A stretch of 64,000 bases of DNA from Candidatus Micrarchaeia archaeon (GTDB lineage Archaea; Micrarchaeota; Micrarchaeia; Anstonellales; Bilamarchaeaceae). The position numbers were made by a program, and so were the translations under genes. The notes beneath the pieces are model-generated. The model ran no database searches, had not been told where the DNA came from, and worked only from the letters and a program-made list of their open reading frames with translations. The DNA is taken from NCBI GenBank assembly GCA_046331685.1, contig JAXLQI010000002.1, positions 34,630-98,629 on the forward strand. The letters are read 5' to 3'. Shown here piece after piece: positions 47,401 to 55,773 of the stretch (position 1 is its first letter; every line of letters begins with the position of its first letter).

Positions 47401-48336
47401 GACGCTGGATGGCATGAAGAACTTGTCATTCATGAAGTATCCGAACCCGAAACTGGACAGCGTCCCGTCCAGGCGCGCCCAGTGGGCGAACTTGTAATTG
47501 GCGCTGTCCTTGTTCACTATGGAATAATTGTATCCGATGCTCCAACCATCATGCGTGAATGTCCCGGACCTGCTGCCTAATCCGCTTTCGTCGAAACTGA
47601 GGGGCGAGGGCGGGGTGGAGCTGCCCTGGTCGAAGCAGTTGTTTGTGATCCCTGTTATCGGGTCGTACTGCGCCAGCGTCGAAGGGTTGAGGTAATTCAT
47701 GTACCGGTCCACGCGCAGCTCTCCCAGCTTGGGCGGGTTGACCGTGCAGAACCTGTCTGAGATGGGGAAGAGATACCTGTATTGCTCATATTCGTCGAAG
47801 GACCCGCCGACGCCCAGCCTGAACACGTTGATGGCCGATTTCGAGTTCTTCATTATCTTCTTCAGGCTCCCGTCCATGGGGAGGAAGCGGCACTGCGCTT
47901 TGTAGAACTGGATCGCCGTGGCATCCTGCGTGTCAGGAGGGATGTCTGCGCTGACCTTGTTATCGTCGCTCACGCTGAGCCCGAATCCTACGGCCGGCTT
48001 GAACTTGAAATCCCCGCACACCATGGTGAGGCAGTTCGGCGCCCTGCAGCTCAGGATGTCGTCCTCGGTGCATATGGGCACGAGATAAGGGCCGATGGTC
48101 GGGGAAAGCGTGACATTGCAGAAATTCCCGGTGGTATTGCATTTCTGGCCGTCGGATTCGAGGTTGGTCTTCGCTATCATGTCGGTGATCGTGTCGGAGC
48201 TGTCGTTATACAGGATGCACCCCGTGTGGTCCGTTGCATTGGCCTTGAGGCAGCAGCCGATCTTGGATGCGGGCTGGAGACAGCCGAAGGCCATCAGGGC
48301 CGCGAACAATACCAGTGCGAGGGTTCGTTTCTCCAT
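44401..48336 (-). CDS. Giant (1311 aa) secreted cysteine-rich protein with dense N-glycosylation sequons
   Basis: Signal peptide 'MEKRTLALVLFAALMAFGCL'; no internal TM; many Cys; NxS/T sequons throughout; start abuts the upstream paralog's stop (48337). Confidence 0.7.
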   Translation of the reverse strand: MEKRTLALVLFAALMAFGCLQPASKIGCCLKANATDHTGCILYNDSSDTITDMIAKTNLESDGQKCNTTGNFCNVTLSPTIGPYLVPICTEDDILSCRAPNCLTMVCGDFKFKPAVGFGLSVSDDNKVSADIPPDTQDATAIQFYKAQCRFLPMDGSLKKIMKNSKSAINVFRLGVGGSFDEYEQYRYLFPISDRFCTVNPPKLGELRVDRYMNYLNPSTLAQYDPITGITNNCFDQGSSTPPSPLSFDESGLGSRSGTFTHDGWSIGYNYSIVNKDSANYKFAHWARLDGTLSSFGFGYFMNDKFFMPSSVNKKIDDSFYKKWLSIAHADTVYGLNPVKKNTTRAPFECDVASTECFSGICGTTTYNRVVMLTPQDESGQSQEVVTDCESYTDESRTTKIICAPTVNVTLTGPNTAPNRKYAKVSARTTHFDGQSWVEGGDGLCGIFDSNHLDSFVNYIYSGAYYFGGGNDGWQVNCPNVMSSSYFTQAKKSTDVGDITNTASTYLYWYNYTDGSWNNNFAEVSNGPPAGGALFFGNVEPQATYNGRKVIGYALATQSDVKNLLVVKNCEMVGGGVDYDIVAVPNDPTQWGPLKDVFTGYFRSRFSGMKAISTGDDCGADAGKLYDDAPVQARSYFYDFFFTGLPWVINVDKRPHPVQPYMGGGASNFLLANEIAIGERKINRFSETYTSASEASLCALRGLNSGYYVNPYHHNDDEDKNYYFWAEGVKPTYDILYSKYIVLFYDNNNQKIGKCALDAASGMPKIRTYGWCEPCTTSTLAYQTITATNDTYVPLGIGNVDNGGTVDLTPLQRKICVGRSNELRCANNLITDANDFSVEDGAKPPGPRTVPEASVLKERFGNYMKAGVMPVLDLSDASNWNEKLDEYDFQRLVGNTGAAVVIVDRVANASDASDKATEIGDRSALIHSRCFGCLTAFHVTGAASNQSLSDTAGGVFTTNLNTKFSVDMVTYDYAISSHTGELPAFGAYVTSLDPSANLTANYSQYIADSIYGYSLAILQKYGKPTMVVGLNLDSADSIWNTRDKQTALFDAIVLDQDQLIKAGLTGIIYSPARQFELIIPPSTIKGPAIGLEDVNGGIGTSNSKMCALEKAMQRMTSSPPIAVYQLTNAVNVSECVPCSSLEKAQGLCNDDALKCDDAIKCVPPAGFSEADIKGSFRCPENTVVDDPAGSRCPLCKDLPGTYDCTFSYANGTVEARNGSMTDLSSDVYLDIIGGIPRTSKCCLEDQGGRRYSYVKKSTSNQVNKPIAFSKIGDQEVDCGLNADIRSIEKAQTFCNVPIPLKDYDVSCTLSG

Positions 48337-49380
48337 TCAGACCACTTTGCTGACCATTCTCATAATCTCGTATGAATCCGCCCCGAGGACCGTGATTATA
48401 TAACGGACGAAGACCATCGTGAGGAAGAACGCGACGAGCGGGTGGAGCATGAGGGTTATGTACGACTTGGAAAGCTCGTCGCGGATGTTCTGGTTGCCGA
48501 GGAGGCCCGTCGTCCCGAGGCCCCCTGCCTGGAGCGTCTGAAGGACCGAGACCGTGTTCGACATCGTCGCGTAGCAGTAGGGCTGCTGGATCGGCGGCTG
48601 GGCCTGCTCGGTTACAGGGGGGGCAGGCACGAAGCCAGGGTCGAGGAGGACGAAGAAAATAGGGAATATGAAATACATCCCGATCCCGAACGCGATGAAC
48701 AGGGCTCCCACGCTCCTGCTGAAGTATATGCTCCGGAGGAATATCCCGAACGGGATGAAAAGGTTAAGCATGTTCGCTTTCAGGTAGGCGATGATCGAAG
48801 ACTGGGCGTTGAGGCCGATGAGCAGGGTGGTCGCGAGATTGTTCGTGATCCTGGCGGTCTCCGTCGCCCGGTAGAGCGAGCCGATCCAGTCCCCTTTGAA
48901 AACCGTGAGCCCGAGGAGGCTTCCCTGCGTGTTCAGGATATTGAATTCCGATGCCGTCCCGATCCCTGTAGTGACATCCCCCTGTATCTTGGCGACTGCG
49001 ACCGCCTTCTCCTGGAGCCTGCAGCGTATAGCGTCGAAAGCCTCATCCATGGTGGACTGGTTGGTGGTCCCGATATGGACGGATTTTCCGAAACATGATA
49101 TATCCCCGGTGATGAAGCTGTGCGCTATGTCCATAGCGCTGTTGACCATGATGAGCAGGGATCCGACCATCACCGCGGTGGAGAGGGCCTGGAGTATCTC
49201 TGACATGGCGTAGTTCTCGAACTCCTTGATGGAAAGAACCCTTGCAGCCAGGAGGAAAACGATGTGGAGGAGGAGGGATACCATCAATGCCAGCGCAGAG
49301 AGAGGAGCCCAGTTCGCGACCCACCCTGCGCCTCTGAACTGGAGGTCCGATAATAGGGAAAGTATCGGCAGGGCATCCAT
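48337..49380 (-). CDS. Polytopic membrane protein, paralog 1 of 6 (unassigned family)
   Basis: 347 aa. Shares with paralogs 2-6: an N-terminal TM, a '(F/W)xxE' amphipathic segment ('KEFENYAMSEILQAL'), a core 'FLRSIYFSRSVGALFIAFGIGMYFIFP', and a C-terminal 'LGADSYEIMRMVSKVV'. Confidence 0.7.
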   Translation of the reverse strand: MDALPILSLLSDLQFRGAGWVANWAPLSALALMVSLLLHIVFLLAARVLSIKEFENYAMSEILQALSTAVMVGSLLIMVNSAMDIAHSFITGDISCFGKSVHIGTTNQSTMDEAFDAIRCRLQEKAVAVAKIQGDVTTGIGTASEFNILNTQGSLLGLTVFKGDWIGSLYRATETARITNNLATTLLIGLNAQSSIIAYLKANMLNLFIPFGIFLRSIYFSRSVGALFIAFGIGMYFIFPIFFVLLDPGFVPAPPVTEQAQPPIQQPYCYATMSNTVSVLQTLQAGGLGTTGLLGNQNIRDELSKSYITLMLHPLVAFFLTMVFVRYIITVLGADSYEIMRMVSKVV

Positions 49381-49382
49381 AT

Positions 49383-50414
49383 TTACACCATCTGGACTAT
49401 CCTACTTAAATCTATCTCCTCTCCGTAGAGACGGGCCACGTACGCTATGGTCCCGATCGTCCCGAGCAGCGCCGCGGTGGGCATGAGGACGGCTGCCACG
49501 AACGCGTAAGCACCGAACTGCATGGCGCCGATCGGGTTCTGCCCGCTCGGGAAATAGGAATCCACGACCGCGCCTGCCCCCATCACAGCTGCCTCCACGC
49601 TCTGGCCGGCCCCATTCTTCTCGTCGAAGACACCTTCGTCGTAGAACGCGCTGAAGTCCTGCGGCTGGTAGTTCGGCTTGTCCACAAGGACAGGTTCCAT
49701 CAGGTAGAAGATCGAGAGCAGCAATGGATAGACGATCAGGAAAGAGAGCGCCACGGCTATCATGAGCCCGCCGAACCCTCTCAGGTACGGCATCGACCGC
49801 ATGAACACCCCGAGAGGAAGGAACAGGAGGACGAACCCCTTATAGACGAACTGCAGTATGAACAGGAAATTCAGCGCCGTGAGCGTGGACATTATCGAGG
49901 AATTGAAGAAGAAATTCAGGGCCGCCTGCTCGGCGCCATACCCCCCGAGCGGCTGGAGGCTCGTCCCGGAGTACCCGAACAGGCAACCGATCCCTCCGAA
50001 TTCGCACTCGAAGACGCTGAGGGCGGCGAGGATATTGTAAGCCTCGAGGTGGTATCGGATCACGGCTGTGGCGCGCAGGGAGTAATACCCGGCATCGACA
50101 AGGTAGTGCTGGGCTGCCGTGTATATGTCGATAGAGTCGGCCGTGAGGCCGAAGAGCGGGGCTACGGTGTCCATCTTTATCGAGCAGAACCCGTTCATGA
50201 CCCCGATCAGCAGGACCACCGTGAATAGGGAGAGCGTGACCTGGACGGCCTCGGTCTTGGCCCAGAGGCTGAGCTTGGGGTTCGATAGCACCTGGCTCAG
50301 CATGTAGCTGACCGCTATTATTGACATCGTGGTCGCTACAGACAGGGCGGAGAGCGGGATGATCACCCCGTTCATCAGGTCGTTGAATCCGGAAATTCCG
50401 CATGCGTCGACCAT
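49383..50414 (-). CDS. Polytopic membrane protein, paralog 2 of 6
   Basis: 343 aa; 'NPKLSLWAKTEAVQV', 'FMRSMPYLRGFGGLMIAVALSFLIVYP', C-terminal 'LYGEEIDLSRIVQMV'. Confidence 0.7.
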   Translation of the reverse strand: MVDACGISGFNDLMNGVIIPLSALSVATTMSIIAVSYMLSQVLSNPKLSLWAKTEAVQVTLSLFTVVLLIGVMNGFCSIKMDTVAPLFGLTADSIDIYTAAQHYLVDAGYYSLRATAVIRYHLEAYNILAALSVFECEFGGIGCLFGYSGTSLQPLGGYGAEQAALNFFFNSSIMSTLTALNFLFILQFVYKGFVLLFLPLGVFMRSMPYLRGFGGLMIAVALSFLIVYPLLLSIFYLMEPVLVDKPNYQPQDFSAFYDEGVFDEKNGAGQSVEAAVMGAGAVVDSYFPSGQNPIGAMQFGAYAFVAAVLMPTAALLGTIGTIAYVARLYGEEIDLSRIVQMV

Positions 50415-51410
50415 TCAGACAAACCTCGCGATGCTGCTGACATCCACTTCAGCCCCTGCCATGGACGTGAGAGCGCGGACGCCGGCCCCCATCAGGAGCA
50501 GGGCAAGGACCGGGCCGAAAGTGCCCCGCACGAGGACGCTGAAGACGACCCTGCGGAGGTCGGCCCTCAAACTGTCGAAGATGTTGATGGCTTTCCCGGC
50601 TTCTCCCCCTCCGCCGCTGAAAAGGACCTGCGACGGGTCGCAGGAATCGATCGAGGATGTGAGCCCGCCGGAATATCCGCTCGATGCTGATGCGTCGGCG
50701 AGGAAGGTATCGACCAGCATCTGGTTGAATATGATCCCTGCTGGTATCATTATATGCATGGATACGCCGAGAGCTATGAAGAACCCGCCGGCGCCCCTCG
50801 TGAGCTTGAACGTCCTCAGGATGATCCCGACCGGCAGGAGCAGCTGGAGCGCATAATTCTTGGACAAATCTATGAGCCGCTTCATGCTGCTAAGCTCGCC
50901 TATCGAGAACGCCACGATCCCGCCGGCCATCGACAGCGGCGTGCTGAGCATCGCATACCCGCCGCAGGCGCTGACTGTGTATCCGATCCCAACTATATTG
51001 CAGGATTCGGCCTTCGAGCCTTCGATCGAGACCTTGGTGTCGAACTCGGCAACCTTGTTGTACACCTGCTTCATCCCGTCAGTGGGGTTATCGAGGTTCT
51101 GGGCGATCAAGGTGTTCGCGGCATCCTGCATATTCGCCGCCCCCTGGACGGCCCCGAGCGTGCTCGAGAATCCATCGAGGATGTTGTTGCTCCCGACGAG
51201 GACCACCATGAGCAGCATCGTCGCGATAAGCTGGTAGAACTCCTCCTTGGCCATGATCTGGAGCTCATTCACGCCGAATCCGAAACCGATCGCATAGACG
51301 AATCCAAGGATCGTGGCGGACACCGCTATGGCGAGGGCGGCGGTGCCCTCCCAGCCTCCGGCGGCGAAAGCAAGCGGGACCAGGGCCATGAGCAGGATCA
51401 TCTTCCTCAT
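50415..51410 (-). CDS. Polytopic membrane protein, paralog 3 of 6
   Basis: 331 aa; 'NELQIMAKEEFYQLI', 'ILRTFKLTRGAGGFFIALGVSMHIMIP', C-terminal 'MAGAEVDVSSIARFV'. Confidence 0.7.
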   Translation of the reverse strand: MRKMILLMALVPLAFAAGGWEGTAALAIAVSATILGFVYAIGFGFGVNELQIMAKEEFYQLIATMLLMVVLVGSNNILDGFSSTLGAVQGAANMQDAANTLIAQNLDNPTDGMKQVYNKVAEFDTKVSIEGSKAESCNIVGIGYTVSACGGYAMLSTPLSMAGGIVAFSIGELSSMKRLIDLSKNYALQLLLPVGIILRTFKLTRGAGGFFIALGVSMHIMIPAGIIFNQMLVDTFLADASASSGYSGGLTSSIDSCDPSQVLFSGGGGEAGKAINIFDSLRADLRRVVFSVLVRGTFGPVLALLLMGAGVRALTSMAGAEVDVSSIARFV

Positions 51411-53509
51411 CAGAACACCTTGGACAGTCCCGGGATCTCTATGTCCCCTCCCAGTATCGCCGAAAGGCCCCTTATGAACACCAGCGTCGCCACGATATTG
51501 AACAATGGCAGGACATACGCCGGCAGCATCATCTTCGAGACGTTCTGGATCTCAGAGGTGCCTGCGAGGCCCTCGGCTCCTATGGACGAGAATTTGCCCG
51601 CGCTTTTGGTCGGCATCGCATCCCCGGCCCTGCACAGCTCCACGCAGTTGGGCTGGATCGGCGGCTCATACACCTGCGATTCCTCAGTGAAGAGGCACTG
51701 CTCGCAGGCATTGCGCGGGACCGGTACCCTGTCCTCGGGCTTGCAGGCGCTGTTGATATCGCACGCGCCTGTAATGTAGCTGCTCGGCATCGTCTCGCCG
51801 TATGTGATTATCCTTTTCTCGGCATCGCACGACCCGCACGCCGTCGGCGAGACCTCGGCGATGTAAGTGGAATTCACCTTGCAGCCTACCGGGCAGCTCT
51901 TGCATGAATTTATCAGCTGGTTGTTGCTGGAGTTGATGCAGTTGCTCGGCAGCTTGGTTATGTCGTTCGTGGTGACCCTGCAGACCTCGGGGCAGGCGTC
52001 GCAGAGGAAATTGCACCGTCCTGTCTCCGGGACGATGTATGCGCATGAATCCAGCGCATTCAGCGAAGGCGTGCATTCCTGGGCCAGCTGGCATCTGATG
52101 TACTGCTCCAGCGAGGCATCCTTGATCGGGTTCGGGGACCAGTTGACATCCTGCGCCAAGACACCAGTATAGTTGATCCTCGTGTAGACCCTGCACTCCG
52201 GCCTCGATGCCAGGCAGCTCCCCGTATTGCAGTTACCTTTGAGCGGGGGGACGACCTTGCATTCCTTGGGGCACATCGAGAGGACAGGAGCCGTCTCGTT
52301 GTCCGGAGGAGGTGGAGGCGAAGCGAGCCTCCTCACCCAGCATTTGTCCGGGAGCGCGGCGCAATTCTGCGGGACGAGTCCCGTCTGGTTGTAGCATGTA
52401 GTGAGCGTATTGGGGAAGGGCAATTCGCGGCAGACAAGGGGGCAGGCATCGGGGCTGACGGTCATGCACGACACGACGTTCTTCCCGCTGTAGTTCCCGC
52501 TCGTGGGGCTGCCTGAAGCCGCGCTGCCGTCCAGGATCTTGGATGCCAGGTCAGCCTGCCCGGGGAACACGTCGAATACCTCTTTGGGCGAGCCCAGCTT
52601 CTTGCCGTCAGCCGATCCGTCATCTATGTAAGCGAGCGCATGCGGCACCTTGCATTCGTCAGGGCACTGGTTCGCCCCGGCGTTCTCATTGGCCTTGTCG
52701 CCGGTGAGGGTGGTGTCCAGGGTGAGCCAGTCGAACACGAACATGCCGGGGAAGAAGAACATTATGCCGCACCCTACCGCGATGAGCAGCCCTCCGAGCT
52801 TGCGGGTGAAGAAGAACGTCCTCGCGATAACCCCCATGGCGAGTATCCAGGGGCCGATCCCGAACGAGATGTGCTGGATGAAGAACTTCTGGGCTTCGAG
52901 CGAGGCGAGGAGGTTGCTGTAATATTCGAAGACCATAGTGTACCTGTCCTGGTCGAGGATGAAATGGCCTAGGAGGCTGAACGAAGCGCCTGCCTGGAGG
53001 CATAGGATAGATGTGCAATAGAGCCCGAACCTGCGGCCGGCCCACCCGGAAGCAGTGACGGCGTCGATGGAGACCTGCCTGGCGTCGTCCTTCGCCGAAT
53101 TGATGTATGAATCCAGATATGCCACAGAGACATTCCCTATGCAGCTCTGGCCGCCGACGCATGAGAGATTGAGCTGGCTCTCCTGGACGATAGCCTGGGA
53201 CATGGCATCGAGGAAAGCGATCGTAACGAGAAGGCCAATGATGATCGTCACGTTCGCGAAGACCTGGACGAGCTCGTTGCTGGCCCATGCCTTTATCTCA
53301 GGCATCTCCATGCCGATACCGACGGCGTAGGCCATCCCGATCAGGATTATCGAGATCATGATCGAGATCATGGAGAGCACCCTCCAGTCCTTGATGAATT
53401 CCGGGAGCCCGGCGCCCGAGGTCTGGGTGGTGAAGGTGTTCTCTGACTGCGTCGGCGCGAAGGAGACCGCGACCAGAGCCAGGAAGAGCGCAAGGTAAAG
53501 GAGCCTCAT
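51410..53509 (-). CDS. Polytopic membrane protein, paralog 4 of 6, with a ~380-aa cysteine-rich extracytoplasmic insertion
   Basis: 699 aa; 'PEIKAWASNELVQVF', 'IARTFFFTRKLGGLLIAVGCGIMFFFP', C-terminal 'LGGDIEIPGLSKVF'. Insertion has repeated CPxxC(K/R)V modules ('CPDECKVPH','CPKECKVVP','CPEVCRVTT','CPVGCKV'). Confidence 0.7.
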   Translation of the reverse strand: MRLLYLALFLALVAVSFAPTQSENTFTTQTSGAGLPEFIKDWRVLSMISIMISIILIGMAYAVGIGMEMPEIKAWASNELVQVFANVTIIIGLLVTIAFLDAMSQAIVQESQLNLSCVGGQSCIGNVSVAYLDSYINSAKDDARQVSIDAVTASGWAGRRFGLYCTSILCLQAGASFSLLGHFILDQDRYTMVFEYYSNLLASLEAQKFFIQHISFGIGPWILAMGVIARTFFFTRKLGGLLIAVGCGIMFFFPGMFVFDWLTLDTTLTGDKANENAGANQCPDECKVPHALAYIDDGSADGKKLGSPKEVFDVFPGQADLASKILDGSAASGSPTSGNYSGKNVVSCMTVSPDACPLVCRELPFPNTLTTCYNQTGLVPQNCAALPDKCWVRRLASPPPPPDNETAPVLSMCPKECKVVPPLKGNCNTGSCLASRPECRVYTRINYTGVLAQDVNWSPNPIKDASLEQYIRCQLAQECTPSLNALDSCAYIVPETGRCNFLCDACPEVCRVTTNDITKLPSNCINSSNNQLINSCKSCPVGCKVNSTYIAEVSPTACGSCDAEKRIITYGETMPSSYITGACDINSACKPEDRVPVPRNACEQCLFTEESQVYEPPIQPNCVELCRAGDAMPTKSAGKFSSIGAEGLAGTSEIQNVSKMMLPAYVLPLFNIVATLVFIRGLSAILGGDIEIPGLSKVF

Positions 53510-54507
53510 CCGATCACCCTCAGAGCCTTATGTATCGAACCGAAGAACGTTATCAGGAGCGCGAGCGTGAGGTTCGGCAGGAAGAACGCCTGCGGGATCA
53601 GCCTGGCGACGTTCCAGAGGCTGTCGGGGTTGCTGCATGTCGCGGCCCCGCTCGAAGCCGGGTTCTGGATGCTCGGGCATCCGTTATTGTCGATGGCGTT
53701 GTCGCAGGCGGCCTTAGAAAACGAATTGCAGTCGCCTGCCACCACGTCGTACATCGCACCGTTGAATGCATAGAGCAGCGGAAGGAGCACGTATAGTCCA
53801 ATCACAAGAGCAATAAATATGTTCCCCATGTGCCTTGTCGGGGGGAAGAAGCGGAGCAGGACGGCGATGGGGAGCACCCAGCGGACGACGTTCTCGTTCA
53901 CGAACTGGAGGAAGAACTTCTGCATGCTCAGGCTCATGAGGGCCGGCACGAGGAACGAGCTGAATATCATATTATACTGGCTGGATATCACCTTGCGGAA
54001 CGCTCCGGTCGTGGCCGTGAACGCGTTGAAGAGAGGGATCTGGAGACTGACGGCGAAAGTGGAATCCATCATCTGGTCGATATACTTCTGCACATACCTC
54101 TCCGACATCGACCGGGCATCCTCCTGCGCGTTCTTGATATAGCATTCCGCGATGCCGTTGACATTCAGGCCGGGGCTGTAGCAGGTCGTCGTGCCGAGCC
54201 TGGAGAAAGTCTGGTCGAAGAAGAAGCCGGTGAGCTGGCAGGAGAAGACGAGTATCCCGCTGAATCCCACAAGGAGCATGATCGAGAACATGAGGTGGTA
54301 GAACTCGTCTTTGGCGAACACTATGAAGCTGGGGTTGTGGGTCGCGTTCCCGGCAGCGTAAGCCACAGCGAGGACGAGTATCAGGAATGCTATCACGATG
54401 CCTATGAGGCTTCCCTGCTCGCTCACTATGACCGATGTGGCGTTGAGCAGGCATGATGCGGCGCTCGAAAGGCCGAGGACAAGCAGGAGCACCAGAGCGG
54501 ATCTCAT
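53506..54507 (-). CDS. Polytopic membrane protein, paralog 5 of 6
   Basis: Trimmed to ATG 54507 ('MRSALVLLLVLGL...'); the 176-aa upstream extension on the track is R/P/H-rich and overlaps paralog 6. 'SFIVFAKDEFYHLMF', 'LLRFFPPTRHMGNIFIALVIGLYVLLP'. Confidence 0.65.
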   Translation of the reverse strand: MRSALVLLLVLGLSSAASCLLNATSVIVSEQGSLIGIVIAFLILVLAVAYAAGNATHNPSFIVFAKDEFYHLMFSIMLLVGFSGILVFSCQLTGFFFDQTFSRLGTTTCYSPGLNVNGIAECYIKNAQEDARSMSERYVQKYIDQMMDSTFAVSLQIPLFNAFTATTGAFRKVISSQYNMIFSSFLVPALMSLSMQKFFLQFVNENVVRWVLPIAVLLRFFPPTRHMGNIFIALVIGLYVLLPLLYAFNGAMYDVVAGDCNSFSKAACDNAIDNNGCPSIQNPASSGAATCSNPDSLWNVARLIPQAFFLPNLTLALLITFFGSIHKALRVIG

Positions 54508-55679
54508 ATCAACCTCTGTATCCCGGCCATATACCATTCGCCTCCGAGGGCTGCAGAAAGGCTCCTGATGCTCGACATCGTGATTATCGCTATCAGCACT
54601 ATGTCCATGTAGATGACCATGACGTAATTGCTTACATCGCGCATGAACGGCTGGAGGTGGTCGAACACAGTCCCGCCGTACTTGCCCGGGTTGATGAACG
54701 CTTCCCATGCGATGAGCGTCACTGCGTTCACTATCTGGAAGATCAGGCTGATGATCGGGTAGACCACATGCCAGAGCAGGTCGAAGCAGACAGGGAAGGC
54801 CCCGGGGATCCATGCGATCGGTAGGCAGAGTATGAGGGCGAAAAGAGGGTCGGTGAGCGAGAAGAGGATCCTGATGGGCGCCGCTTCGCATGCCCAGCCG
54901 ATGGCGTATATCGGGAACGGGTTGGAATCGAGCGAATCCGGGTCCGACAGAGCCGGCGCGGTGAGCCCAATCTGCCCGTTCACCATATCCGCGATTATGA
55001 CTGAAAGCGGGAGGAACAGCACGACCCCCACGCATATGGCTATCAGGGTGTTGCCCACCCTCCTCGTGAAGGGGATGAGCCTCGCGCAGAAAGCCATGGG
55101 CAAGAGTATCTGCGGTATGACGACGCCGAAGAAGCTGATGAGGAGGCGTATCGCCTCAGCGAGGAAGATGGCGTTGGAAAGCCCCTGCGTGGCGAGGCTC
55201 AGCGGGACCAGGTAGATGGATGCGCCGCTCAGGGGGGCTGTCTGGTAGCTGAGGGACACCCACCAGATCGGGATGTTGGTGCCTGAGGAGTATGACGCGG
55301 CGACCCTGATGTAGGACGCGGCGGTAATCACATCGTGATATGCGCCGGTCAGGCCGTCGCCCCACGAATCCACCACGGACTGGGCTTTCGTGATATAGTC
55401 ATTATGGCCTGTGAGGACCACTGCGAGGCCGTTGCTCCCGACTAGTATCCCGATGACTATGGCTATTATGATAAGGCCGGCGAGGAACTCGCGTATCTCG
55501 GTCTTGGCCCATGCCTCGAGCTGCGGGTTCGAGATCGAATGGGCGAGCATGTTCATCGCAGCGAGGAAAATAACGACTATGATCGCTATCGCCGGAACGG
55601 CGAACTGGAGGTTCACAGCGGCCGAGAAAACAGCTGGCAGCATTAATGCAAATAAGAATGCGAGTCGCCACAGCTGCAT
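54504..55679 (-). CDS. Polytopic membrane protein, paralog 6 of 6 (first gene of the operon)
   Basis: 391 aa; 'NPQLEAWAKTEIREFL', 'CARLIPFTRRVGNTLIAICVGVVLFLP', C-terminal 'LGGEWYMAGIQRLI'; 4-nt overlap with paralog 5. Confidence 0.7.
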   Translation of the reverse strand: MQLWRLAFLFALMLPAVFSAAVNLQFAVPAIAIIVVIFLAAMNMLAHSISNPQLEAWAKTEIREFLAGLIIIAIVIGILVGSNGLAVVLTGHNDYITKAQSVVDSWGDGLTGAYHDVITAASYIRVAASYSSGTNIPIWWVSLSYQTAPLSGASIYLVPLSLATQGLSNAIFLAEAIRLLISFFGVVIPQILLPMAFCARLIPFTRRVGNTLIAICVGVVLFLPLSVIIADMVNGQIGLTAPALSDPDSLDSNPFPIYAIGWACEAAPIRILFSLTDPLFALILCLPIAWIPGAFPVCFDLLWHVVYPIISLIFQIVNAVTLIAWEAFINPGKYGGTVFDHLQPFMRDVSNYVMVIYMDIVLIAIITMSSIRSLSAALGGEWYMAGIQRLI

Positions 55680-55773
55680 GGCTAGATTTCTTGCTCATAG
55701 ATTTAAATGTTTGCTGGAGCCTCCGAATGGCGCGGACAATTATCTTTATAAAGTTGCCAAATGTTATTATGCC

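Noticed and set aside
45403-48375. Multiple plus-strand ORFs (e.g. 45403-46224, 47782-48375) inside the giant secreted-protein gene
   Set aside because: All are R/G/H/D-rich antisense frames. The minus-strand 1311-aa frame has a signal peptide and consistent composition.
53506-55035. 509-aa version of membrane paralog 5 with a 176-aa N-terminal extension
   Set aside because: The extension is R/P/H-rich, overlaps paralog 6 in another frame, and lacks the family's N-terminal TM. The start was set at Met 54507, which gives the 4-nt overlap typical of this operon.
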